DNA from: a virus
DNA: 64,000 nucleotides
Virus record (IMG/VR): IMGVR_UViG_3300030503_000566
Location: 1-64,000 of that record
Reading direction: 5' to 3' (one strand)
The first letter of the stretch is position 1, and every line of letters begins with the position of its first letter. Both the position numbers and the translations under genes were made by a program. Positions 46,995 to 55,553 of the stretch are shown one piece after another. A model generated the notes under the pieces. It had not been told where the DNA came from. It worked only from the letters and a program-made list of their open reading frames with translations, and did not search any database.

Positions 46995-48688
46995 TTATAA
47001 TATTTTAAAATCAATCTCAGCACTTGTAATATAAGAGAAGAGTTTATAATAACCCTCTTCAGTCATACTGTAGGTATAAGCGTTTGAGGTTGCACCCTCC
47101 CATTTAACATAATATTGGTAAATATCATTACCAAATCTTCTATCAATAGGATCTCTTGAGCGAGCTACATATATCTTCTTCATAGTTAATAATTTAGAGT
47201 TAAAATAGAAGTATTAAGACCAGAAGTAGCATGATAAATAGCACGTATAGTATAATCTTCATAATCAATGATTTAGAGTTTTGATAAATACCATTTGAAC
47301 ACTTGTCTCGCTATTCTTAATTACTAAGTATAGCTCACCCTGATTTGAGAGTATTAAATACATAGTAATAAGATTTAATGGTTAATAATTAAATGATTAG
47401 AGAGTCATTGTGTTATAGATAGTCTCAAGATTATCAATAACATACTGAGAATCAGCCTCTTGCAATGGTTTCTCTACTCTATTTTTGGTAGTGACAACCG
47501 CTGTATCCTTTATACCCCTCCTCGGATTACTATCTAGCCCAAAAGCAATTGCATTATCCTTATCTATAGTACACCCAATTAGTAAAAGACCATCACTGTA
47601 CTGTATCTTATCAATAATACCAAGGGCTAAGGCTTTATTAAGAAGCCTAACTTGTTGTTCTGAGAGTTTCATGTTAATATAAATTAATGATTATCAATTA
47701 AATAAAGAATTGGGTTGCATAAATGTTGACCACTTCATTAAATACTCAAAGAAGCGCCACTCATTATCCTCATTCACCTCACCATATTTGGTTAATATTA
47801 AGTACATGATTTACAATTTATGAATTGTTAATTAGTTGAAAATGAGAGTGATATACATTAGATACCACTCTCCAATCCGAACCCTAACCTCAACCAATAG
47901 CATTTGGTTCAAATAATATAATAAAAGTCTCAAATCTCCTACCTTCATAATTAAACTGAGCTTTACCATTCACTAGATCAACATCAAATGATTTATACCA
48001 AAGGTCACAATCTTTAGCATGTTTATACTCAGGGCCATATATACACTTAATATAAGAGAGATCATTAAGTCTCATCTTAGTGGTAAGGTTGTATAAATGG
48101 CCAAATATTTCAGGGAATACGGCCAATAACTCATTCCTTTCCTTCATATTCTTGGAATGTTTATACATTCTAACCAAATATGCGATTTGTGCGGTAGTCA
48201 TAATTTAGAGTTTTAATGTTAATAAAATAGTATTAATATAACAATGAGCTACTCGATAGCCAAGTAATAGCTGGCGACCAGCTTAACCAGCTTAACCAGC
48301 TTACGCAATACGAGTTTAAGCCTCAGCTTAATCTGGCATGGAGTATTATTTATAGCAAGCGTACACTCTTTATGCTCATTAGTATTCCTATTAGAAGAGA
48401 ACATAATATGACCGGTATTTTGACATGCAACTATACAATTGCACCAGTAAGTCACAATAGGTTTAGCCTCCTCAAAATAGATTTGTTGTAAGTCTTTCAT
48501 TTTCAGATATTTAGAGTTAAGTCAATGATAATGAATAGTTTATAACGAATCTCTATATGAGTATATCATAAGAGCTTCATCATAGGGAAAAAGATAAACA
48601 GCACCCTTAATAGAATCAGCTAGTCTTTTAGCTTCTTCTTTGTTATCAAGAGTAATAAAGTGCTTAAAATCACAGGTAATAGTATACA
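46995..48688 (-). CDS. array of very small early genes (46995-47183, 47200-47262, 47397-47672, 47890-48201, 48249-48500, and a ~49-aa ORF starting near 48688)
   Basis: Most are preceded by AACTCTAAAT; terminator hairpin at ~47839-47872. Confidence 0.6.
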
Positions 48689-48926
48689 TAGATTTAGAGT
48701 TTAATTAGTTGTTAATGCCATATAGAGCTAATACCGTTACTGTTTATAACACTGTTATTTTATCCTAACACTGTTAGATATGGGTGATATTACACCATTT
48801 ATAGACTTGAGTAGTCTAAACACGTAAGTCTTCAGTGTAATACAATATATAATGGAGTAAAACATTGACAATTGTCAACAAATGGATATAAATGAGTAAG
48901 AAATGTAGTAAATAAAGGGGAATATA

Positions 48927-48958
48927 TTTGGTTATGTCAGTAATACTGCATACATTTG
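48927..48958 (+). promoter_or_regulatory. Bacteroidota sigma-A promoter facing away from the small early genes
   Basis: TTTG-N20-TACATTTG. Confidence 0.65.
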
Positions 48959-49247
48959 CATTTCAGTTTAACATTTCATTAGGACACATAGATAAGTTAT
49001 AGGCTACGGACTCACTGGCTACTATACCCCTAAGTAATTGATTCACTGAAAGTTGCCTCATTTGTCCCACCTTTTTCACTACCTTAGTGTCAAAGGTTTT
49101 GTTGTTTGTGTTACTGTAGGTAATTGAGTAAAGAGGGTTGCTAAAGTTTTATACCATTATATATAGTAACACTCAACCTACCCATAGTGTGAATAATGTA
49201 GTACATTACTGAAAAATGTAGTACAAGGGAGAACCTATATACTGTTA

Positions 49248-49282
49248 TAATAGGGACCAGCCATTACAGCCAGTCCCTATTA
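49248..49282. terminator. hairpin downstream of 49297-49659
   Basis: TAATAGGGAC...GTCCCTATTA. Confidence 0.65.
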
Positions 49283-49296
49283 ATCAGCCATTTACA

Positions 49297-49659
49297 TTAG
49301 AAGGCAGCACCCGCCAGTTTGGCAACAGCAGCCTCAGAGAGATTGAGAGTCTTAGCGACCTTCTGCACTTCGGCAGCAACCTCTGCTTCGAGAGTACCAA
49401 CCTCAGCAGCAGCCTCGATAGCACTCACTTTGTCAGGAAAGGTAGCAGTGATCTGCCAGATTTCGCGAGGTGTCTCCAGTTTAACCAGATTGCCATCTTC
49501 GTCAGTGGTCATTGTCTGTGTAGTCTTGATGGCATAGGCATACTGGCCTGCTACAAGCTCCATGGTCTTAGTCCTTGGAAAGAATACTCTGCCTGTGATG
49601 TCATTGGCATAAGTCCTGTCGCTGCCACTTTTGGCAACATTTGCGATTTTGATTAACAT
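49297..49659 (-). CDS. hypothetical protein, first gene of the leftward block
   Basis: 120 aa, Ala-rich, visibly more GC-rich codons than neighbours. Confidence 0.8.
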   Translation of the reverse strand: MLIKIANVAKSGSDRTYANDITGRVFFPRTKTMELVAGQYAYAIKTTQTMTTDEDGNLVKLETPREIWQITATFPDKVSAIEAAAEVGTLEAEVAAEVQKVAKTLNLSEAAVAKLAGAAF

Positions 49660-49842
49660 GATTAAAAGTTTAAATGTTTAAGAAATTACTAATCAGGCAG
49701 GCAGCTACCCGGGGGTACCCACCTACCGCTATAATACCTAGGGGGTTTTGGGATGGTGTATACTTACCTCCCATAAAAATGAAAACTTTTTCTGGAGAAA
49801 AAAAATTATTTTCCAAACCCAAAATAACCTACCTTTGTAATT

Positions 49843-50040
49843 ATGGATCATGCAATAAACATAAATGTAGACTATCTTGGGTACTCAGAAGATTTCTCCC
49901 TGACAATGGAGTTCATTAGGCAGTTACCTGATAAGGGTAAAATTGCCTTAGTTAATAGGATTGTTAAGGTGAGTAAAAGACTTGAGTTTATTAGGAATCA
50001 GGGTAGTGCTATACCCTTACCTGCTGATTTAAGAGATTAA
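49843..50040 (+). CDS. hypothetical protein, probably leaderless
   Basis: TACCTTTG -7 element at 49830-49837, 5 nt before the ATG. Confidence 0.6.
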   Translation: MDHAININVDYLGYSEDFSLTMEFIRQLPDKGKIALVNRIVKVSKRLEFIRNQGSAIPLPADLRD

Positions 50041-50053
50041 TAAAGAATATAAT

Positions 50054-50284
50054 ATGAACTTTATAGTAATGATATACCCCGATGGGTTAGTACATAAGCT
50101 TCCTCAGGATGATCCTATGTATACGGACCTTATGACAAAGATAAAAAATGCTGCCCCTACCTTTACTCCTTACTCAGATGATGGAGATTTAGGTTTGTTC
50201 TTTGATGTTGTAGGCTCTAAGGGTCCTGTCAGGTTTAAGGTACCTACTACCAGTAGCACAACTACAACAAGCACAACTCAGTAA
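50054..50284 (+). CDS. hypothetical protein with Thr/Ser tail
   Basis: PTTSSTTTTSTTQ; terminator AAACCCC...GGGGTTTT at ~50290-50323. Confidence 0.65.
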   Translation: MNFIVMIYPDGLVHKLPQDDPMYTDLMTKIKNAAPTFTPYSDDGDLGLFFDVVGSKGPVRFKVPTTSSTTTTSTTQ

Positions 50285-50364
50285 AAAATAAACCCCTAAG
50301 TATAGAGATACTCGTGGGGTTTTCTTAAACACAATATTTTATCCCAAGATTAATGATATTTTAA

Positions 50365-50396
50365 TTTGGTGGTTATGAGAATGTAGCATATCTTTG
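50365..50396 (+). promoter_or_regulatory. Bacteroidota sigma-A promoter
   Basis: TTTG-N20-TATCTTTG, ATG at 50402. Confidence 0.75.
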
Positions 50397-50401
50397 TGAG
50401 C

Positions 50402-50707
50402 ATGATAATTACATTAATTATACTATTGGTATCCATAGGATTAGGATATGGTCTATTTACTTCCCATTTCTTTTATTGGGGATATAATATTTTATCCCTA
50501 AAGTACCCCTATTATAATTTTGGTGTCTCTTTTAAGGGTTTTCACCTAACAACTTCCGAGGGTAAACAGTTCCTACGAAATACTTTTATCTTAGGGCTTG
50601 TACTGGTTGAGATTTGGGTTTCCTTTTATATAAGAATTGATGGTGACAAAATAGAACAAGAAGATGATATTACAACTATCCCCACCCCTACCTCTCTGGT
50701 CAGTTGA
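50402..50707 (+). CDS. membrane protein
   Basis: N-terminal TM, aromatic-rich. Confidence 0.6.
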   Translation: MIITLIILLVSIGLGYGLFTSHFFYWGYNILSLKYPYYNFGVSFKGFHLTTSEGKQFLRNTFILGLVLVEIWVSFYIRIDGDKIEQEDDITTIPTPTSLVS

Positions 50708-50933
50708 TCACCAAGAGGAGTGCTATGCTTTTATAGCCTTAGACTATGGTATTGAGGATTTTATGTATTTTGTAGTAGCATTGGAGAAAACAGGAGAGAT
50801 TTGGGTTATACCCTCCTCTAAACTTAGAGCATCAAAGAATTTCACTGCTGGTAGGCCCTCACTCAATAAGGAACCCTACTCAGCATATTTACAACATGGA
50901 TCGCCGGAGATCAAACCACTTGCAAAGGATTAA
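50664..50933 (+). CDS. hypothetical protein
   Basis: MILQLSPPLPL...DYG.E...TGEIW...NFTAGR. Confidence 0.65.
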   Translation: MILQLSPPLPLWSVDHQEECYAFIALDYGIEDFMYFVVALEKTGEIWVIPSSKLRASKNFTAGRPSLNKEPYSAYLQHGSPEIKPLAKD

Positions 50934-50934
50934 A

Positions 50935-51669
50935 ATGAGGACGTACTATTGGACTAAAAAACCTAATTTTGGAGATCTCCTAACCCCTCTTCTATTAAAG
51001 AGGTTTACGGGCTTGCCCTCCACCCTCTCTACTCCACAGGATGCTGAATTAGTTATGGTGGGTTCTATCCTGCATCATTTATCATCTGACTATAAAGGGG
51101 TAATTGCTGGGTGTGGTGCTTTACAACCACTTCATTATTGGTTTCCTAAAGCTAATATATTAGCAGTAAGGGGGCCATTGACATTACACTCTATTAAAAG
51201 TAAAAAGGGCTATATAGTACTAGGTGATCCGGGGTTATTAGCTGATGAACTTGTGCCTCCTCAAGATAGGATATATGAGTTGGGAGTAGTACCACATTGG
51301 AGTGATACACAACTTGCTAAAGATGAACGCTTTACTAAATATGATCCTAAGATTATAGATGTAACTCAAGACCCACTGAAGGTGATTACTGAGATTGCTC
51401 AGTGTAAAAAGATTGTCTCCTCATCCCTACATGGTATCATATTAGCAGATGCTTTTTATATCCCTAGGAGGATTGAATTGGCTCCCGATATGATAAGTAA
51501 TCCTTTTGAGGGGGGAACATTTAAATGGGAAGACTATTCCCTCTCTATAGGTATGAAATTTAAGACAGGGCTTACACAGGAACCTGAAAGAAATAAAATC
51601 ACAGAACGGCAACATGAACTTTATGATGTTATGCAGGAGATCAAGGGAATTTTTAAAAAGACTATATAG
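50935..51669 (+). CDS. polysaccharide pyruvyl transferase (ExoV-like)
   Basis: NFGDLL, VGSIL, AVRGPLT, GDPGLL, VPH, SSSLHGIILADAF.IP. Confidence 0.88.
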   Translation: MRTYYWTKKPNFGDLLTPLLLKRFTGLPSTLSTPQDAELVMVGSILHHLSSDYKGVIAGCGALQPLHYWFPKANILAVRGPLTLHSIKSKKGYIVLGDPGLLADELVPPQDRIYELGVVPHWSDTQLAKDERFTKYDPKIIDVTQDPLKVITEIAQCKKIVSSSLHGIILADAFYIPRRIELAPDMISNPFEGGTFKWEDYSLSIGMKFKTGLTQEPERNKITERQHELYDVMQEIKGIFKKTI

Positions 51670-51670
51670 A

Positions 51671-52555
51671 ATGTTTTTTAAGAAGAGACCTGTTATTTCC
51701 TTATTGATACCCTTCTCCTCGAAGGACCCACTTAGAAAGAAGAACTTCAAGTGGCTTCTTCAGTATTGGAGGTATGAGTTACCTGAGGCTGAGGTAGTTG
51801 TAGGTAAATCCTCCTCCAAGATCTTTTGTAAAGGAGAGGCACTTAACGATGCAGCCTCAAGAGCTAGGGGAGATATATTTGTTATACTGGATGCAGATGC
51901 CTACCTGAATGGATATATACTTAGGGAGTGTGCTAATTCAATATTGCAATCACTTAAGGAGGGATACCCTTTGTGGTATGTACCTTATAGAAATCTGTAT
52001 AGGCTAAAAGAGGGTATAACTAAAGCTGTAGTAGCCTCTAATCCTCGTAATCCCCTAAGACTAACCCCATTAGATAACTGGATTTTGGCTGAGGAGGGTG
52101 GTGCTAAAGCAAGATATGGACATAGGTATGGTGCTATGTGTATGATGTTCCCTAGGGAGGCCTATGATCTTATAGGTAACTTTGACGAGAGATTTAAAGG
52201 ATGGGGTGGAGAGGATGTTGCTCTACTCAGAATGCTGGATACTCTATATGGGAAACATAAAACAGTTGAGGAGAATATATATCATCTTTGGCATCCCACT
52301 ATAGGTGATAGCTATGATACTAGGAGATGGGTGGGCCAAGATTCTGGATCTATAAATTGGTCACTAGCAAAGCGTTATAATAGGGCGGTTAGATGGCCCT
52401 CCCGTATGCAGGAGATACTTGAGGAGAGTCAGTACTATTATAAGTACAAGGTTGAGAGTAAGGATGAGTATCCTGACTATGAGACTGCTGTAAAGCGAGG
52501 ACATCTCCCCTCCATAGAGAATATTAGAGATCTTTTAAAAAGAATAAATAAATAA
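51671..52555 (+). CDS. glycosyltransferase (GT-A fold, GT2/GT7-like)
   Basis: LLIPF, KGEALN, ILDADAY, FDERFKGWGGED, HLWHP. Confidence 0.88.
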   Translation: MFFKKRPVISLLIPFSSKDPLRKKNFKWLLQYWRYELPEAEVVVGKSSSKIFCKGEALNDAASRARGDIFVILDADAYLNGYILRECANSILQSLKEGYPLWYVPYRNLYRLKEGITKAVVASNPRNPLRLTPLDNWILAEEGGAKARYGHRYGAMCMMFPREAYDLIGNFDERFKGWGGEDVALLRMLDTLYGKHKTVEENIYHLWHPTIGDSYDTRRWVGQDSGSINWSLAKRYNRAVRWPSRMQEILEESQYYYKYKVESKDEYPDYETAVKRGHLPSIENIRDLLKRINK

Positions 52556-52557
52556 TT

Positions 52558-53361
52558 ATGGCAAGTACTTTCAGCGTAAAAGGTTATTGGAAACATAAGA
52601 AATTAGGTAGGAAGGCTGTATCAAAAGCACCTACCTTAAAACTATCTAAGTATTTGAATTATAAGTCATTACCTCCTATTCCTGCTGAACTAGAGAGGTA
52701 TACCTCCCTCACAGATTGGACTATGATGGGTAATGATACTTATGGTGATTGTACCTGTGCTGCTGCTGGACATGGGATTATGGCTTGGACTAGTGAGTAC
52801 TCCCTCATTACACCTTCAGAAACTTCTGTACTTGCGGTATATACTGCCGTAACTGCTAAGGAGTGCTCATGTGCAGGTTTTAATGCTACAACTGATGCTA
52901 ATGATAATGGTTGCATTATTACAGATGTTCAGGATTATTGGAAGACGGTAGGTGTAGATGGTCATAAGATTGATTTATATACCTCAGTAGATATTACCAA
53001 TCATGGTGAGGTTAGAAATGCCACCTACCTATTCGGCCTATTGAATATTGGACTGGCTCTCCCATTAACTGCTCAGGATCAACCTACTTTATGGGATGTA
53101 ACTGATACCACCCTTAGTGGTAATGCTGCCCCCGGTTCTTGGGGAGGACATGATGTTATTATAGTAGGGTATAACGCAACTACTCTAGATCTGATCACTT
53201 GGGGTGAGAGGATTAAGATGACTTGGGCTTTTTGGAATGCTTATGTAGATGAGGCATACGCTATACTTGCACCAGATTGGTTCTCAACCTCTTCTCCACA
53301 TCACATCTCACCAACAGGCTTAAGCTTGGCACAGTTGGAGGCTGATATGAAACTAGTTTAA
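52558..53361 (+). CDS. papain-like (C1-type) cysteine peptidase
   Basis: GND.YGDCTCAA, DNGC, GGHDVIIVGY, ITWG. Confidence 0.75.
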   Translation: MASTFSVKGYWKHKKLGRKAVSKAPTLKLSKYLNYKSLPPIPAELERYTSLTDWTMMGNDTYGDCTCAAAGHGIMAWTSEYSLITPSETSVLAVYTAVTAKECSCAGFNATTDANDNGCIITDVQDYWKTVGVDGHKIDLYTSVDITNHGEVRNATYLFGLLNIGLALPLTAQDQPTLWDVTDTTLSGNAAPGSWGGHDVIIVGYNATTLDLITWGERIKMTWAFWNAYVDEAYAILAPDWFSTSSPHHISPTGLSLAQLEADMKLV

Positions 53362-53814
53362 ATTATCAAACTCCCAATGACAGTTTGGGCATAAACCTCT
53401 TAAATTATCAGGATGGTTTATTTCAGATAATTTTGTATCTGGAGAGAATGAAGATACTGCTCTGATATGACAGGCTTCTATATGTTTATCATAACCGCAA
53501 TTTTGACAAGATACAATTCCTAATTGTTTAAGAATAGATCTAGCTCTACTTCGTACTAGAGCGAAAGCCGAGCTTCTATGATGTTTGATATAAATTGCTT
53601 TTTCTAATGTGAGATCATCTATTTGAGGAATTGTTCTTATACCTCTGCAATCTTCACAATATGTCCAAGCAGATCGTATAGATCTGCCACAATTTTTACA
53701 ATTTCCTTCTTTTTTTCTTCTTGGGTTAAGTTTATTATTGTAACTTACAGAGCAAGAACGAGAACAAAATTTAGGATTATTAGTTTCTTCGTTGCAATTT
53801 ATACAGTTATTCAT
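53353..53814 (-). CDS. Zn-finger HNH endonuclease (homing-type)
   Basis: CINC, FCSRSC, CKNC, CEDC, CQNCG...EACHI...NLRGLCPNCHWEFD; start at MNNC because the longer ORF overlaps a tRNA. Confidence 0.85.
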   Translation of the reverse strand: MNNCINCNEETNNPKFCSRSCSVSYNNKLNPRRKKEGNCKNCGRSIRSAWTYCEDCRGIRTIPQIDDLTLEKAIYIKHHRSSAFALVRSRARSILKQLGIVSCQNCGYDKHIEACHIRAVSSFSPDTKLSEINHPDNLRGLCPNCHWEFDNLN

Positions 53815-53816
53815 TG

Positions 53817-53889
53817 GGAGATATAGTTCAACTGGAAAGAATAGAGGCCTTCTAAGCCCCTGATGATGGATCATCCCCATCTATCTCCT
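53817..53889 (+). tRNA. tRNA-Arg(UCU), atypical
   Basis: GGAGATA TA GTTC AACTGGAAA GAAT A GAGGC CT-TCT-AA GCCCC TGAT GATGG ATCATCC CCATC TATCTCC T; T-loop non-canonical, one anticodon-stem mismatch. Confidence 0.7.
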
Positions 53890-53963
53890 CAAATATATGA
53901 ATTGAAAGTGAATGTACAAAATTTATTTTTTATTTAGATTCGATTCCCAAATGAGGCCTTTAT

Positions 53964-54036
53964 GGCGGGTTAGAGAAGTGGTTATCTCGCTAGGCTCATA
54001 ACCTAGAGATCGTTGGTTCGAATCCTTCACTCGCTA
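53964..54036 (+). tRNA. tRNA-Met(CAU), fMet-like sequence
   Basis: GGCGGGT...CTAGG CT-CAT-AA CCTAG AGATC GTTGG TTCGAAT CCTTC ACTCGCT A; two T-stem mismatches. Confidence 0.85.
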
Positions 54037-54038
54037 CT

Positions 54039-54341
54039 ATGATAAGTGTATTAGAAGGAGTATTGATTATATTTGTATTTTGTTACATATGTTACAAGGT
54101 CATGAAATGGGTAATCAACGGGTAGTTCGGTAATATATACGAACTGTCTGTTATTCCGTACAAAATACCGAACTTTGTTTGTTATATCAGACATTAAAAA
54201 GATTTGGCTATTCCGTAAAAAGTTCTTATCTTTATATTCACTAAATTATTTTATATGTTAACAGTAATTGTGGGCGTACTCGCTTATTTTGCAGGGGTGA
54301 TTACAGTATATGTGGTTAGAAATAATAAGAATAGTCTATAA
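54039..54341 (+). CDS. two 28-aa membrane peptides (54039-54125; 54255-54341)
   Basis: MISVLEGVLIIFVFCYICYKVMKWVING* and MLTVIVGVLAYFAGVITVYVVRNNKNSL*; the second follows TTTG-N20-TATCTTTA. Confidence 0.45.
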
Positions 54342-54375
54342 GATATTAATCTAATTAGTCCGTCCCATTGCAGGT

Positions 54376-54407
54376 AACTCTCTAGCCCCTAGGCTAGGGA
54401 GTTTTTT
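54376..54407 (+). terminator. intrinsic terminator
   Basis: AACTCTCTAGCC-CCTA-GGCTAGGGAGTT then T run. Confidence 0.75.
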
Positions 54408-54467
54408 GTTTTTAATAAAAAACTTTGCTCTATATAGCATTAATCCAAAAAGATTGCTATAATCAAT

Positions 54468-54498
54468 TTTGTTAGGATTGTAATACTTACTACCTTTG
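54468..54498 (+). promoter_or_regulatory. Bacteroidota sigma-A promoter of the head operon
   Basis: TTTG-N19-TACCTTTG. Confidence 0.7.
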
Positions 54499-54519
54499 TT
54501 CTCAAACCAGTATAACTAA

Positions 54520-54870
54520 ATGGGTGATTTTCTTGTACAGACGCTCAAAAAAGAGTTTGAGGATCCATTGGAGAAAGCGGAGAAATATTATTCCCTTCTT
54601 TCTGTATGGAATAACCTATATCTTACCCAAAGAGAAATTGAGCTTTTGGCATATACTGCTGTGGAGGGTACAATCTCCTATGGAGCCTCTAAAGAGAAAT
54701 TCTCCCAGTTATATAACTCATCACCAGCCACTGTTAATAACATGATTTCCAAGTTAAAGGGGATGGGTTTATTGGTTAAAAATGGGGGTAAATATAAAGT
54801 TAATCCAAAGATTCAATTAGACTTTTCTCGTGAAATAGTTCTTGGTTTTAAACTTATTGATCATGCTTAG
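54520..54870 (+). CDS. winged-helix DNA-binding protein
   Basis: LTQREIELL...SPATVNNMISKLKGMGLLVK. Confidence 0.75.
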   Translation: MGDFLVQTLKKEFEDPLEKAEKYYSLLSVWNNLYLTQREIELLAYTAVEGTISYGASKEKFSQLYNSSPATVNNMISKLKGMGLLVKNGGKYKVNPKIQLDFSREIVLGFKLIDHA

Positions 54871-55318
54871 CCCCCATGAGGATATAAAGCCTAAGAATCT
54901 TAAGCTTCATGATTTCCTTGTCAGGAAAACAGGAGTGAAGTTGATGATAGATGAAACTGTTGTGGAGAAGGTTATCTCCTTTGAGAAGAGGGGAATTCAT
55001 CAAGCTCTAAAGGAGTTCACAGAAGTTGAGATCTCTGGTTTTGGAAAACTCTTCATCTCACCCGTCAAACTACATAAACGGATAAAGAAACAATTATATA
55101 TAATTGAGTGCTTAGAAGCTAAAGCCGCTAGGGGTGAGGATGTTACTAGGGGGATGGAAATTGCTACAAGAGACTTAGAATTTTATCAGAAAAAGCTAGG
55201 AGATTATGAAAATAGATGTACGGGGAATATTAGAGGCTCTAAAGAATACCCACTTTCCAGCGAAAGAGTTGAAGGAATTGATAGATCAAACAGCGGAGCA
55301 GAGGAAGGAGATATGTAA
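54863..55318 (+). CDS. IHF/HU-like protein (crAss head-module gene)
   Basis: VEKVI...AL...EVEISGFGKL; position before terminase. Confidence 0.65.
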   Translation: MLSPHEDIKPKNLKLHDFLVRKTGVKLMIDETVVEKVISFEKRGIHQALKEFTEVEISGFGKLFISPVKLHKRIKKQLYIIECLEAKAARGEDVTRGMEIATRDLEFYQKKLGDYENRCTGNIRGSKEYPLSSERVEGIDRSNSGAEEGDM

Positions 55319-55553
55319 TACTTGTCCTTTTTTCTCCCCGAATGCAGAGATACAAGGTTATAAACCCTCAGTTCCCCGTTTTGATCAGCACTGTATCAGT
55401 TGTGGGTGTAGTATCTTTTACAAGACTAGATGCCTTTCTTGTGAGTGCCCGCAAGGTAAATGGGGGGCTGTTGTCACAGAAGTAGAGGATCAGAAGCTAT
55501 TTGATAGAGCAAAGGAAGAAAATGAAAAGAGTAATAAGAAACATACCAACTAA
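55206..55553 (+). CDS. Cys-rich Zn-binding protein
   Basis: R..IC..C...C..CGC...KTR..S..CP.GKW. Confidence 0.7.
   Translation: MKIDVRGILEALKNTHFPAKELKELIDQTAEQRKEICNTCPFFSPNAEIQGYKPSVPRFDQHCISCGCSIFYKTRCLSCECPQGKWGAVVTEVEDQKLFDRAKEENEKSNKKHTN

Noticed and set aside
1551-47682. Plus-strand ORFs of the track within the minus-strand block (e.g. 19954-20364, 26339-26710, 37739-38104, 43513-43725)
   Set aside because: Antisense shadows of clear genes or structured RNA, mostly with non-ATG starts and S/F/L-biased composition
48277-48303. 9-bp tandem repeat encoding (KLV)3
   Set aside because: Short in-frame slippage in a hypothetical gene
53815-53880. N-terminal extension of the HNH ORF to 53880
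   Set aside because: Overlaps the tRNA-Arg cloverleaf; the Cys-rich domain starts at the Met at 53814
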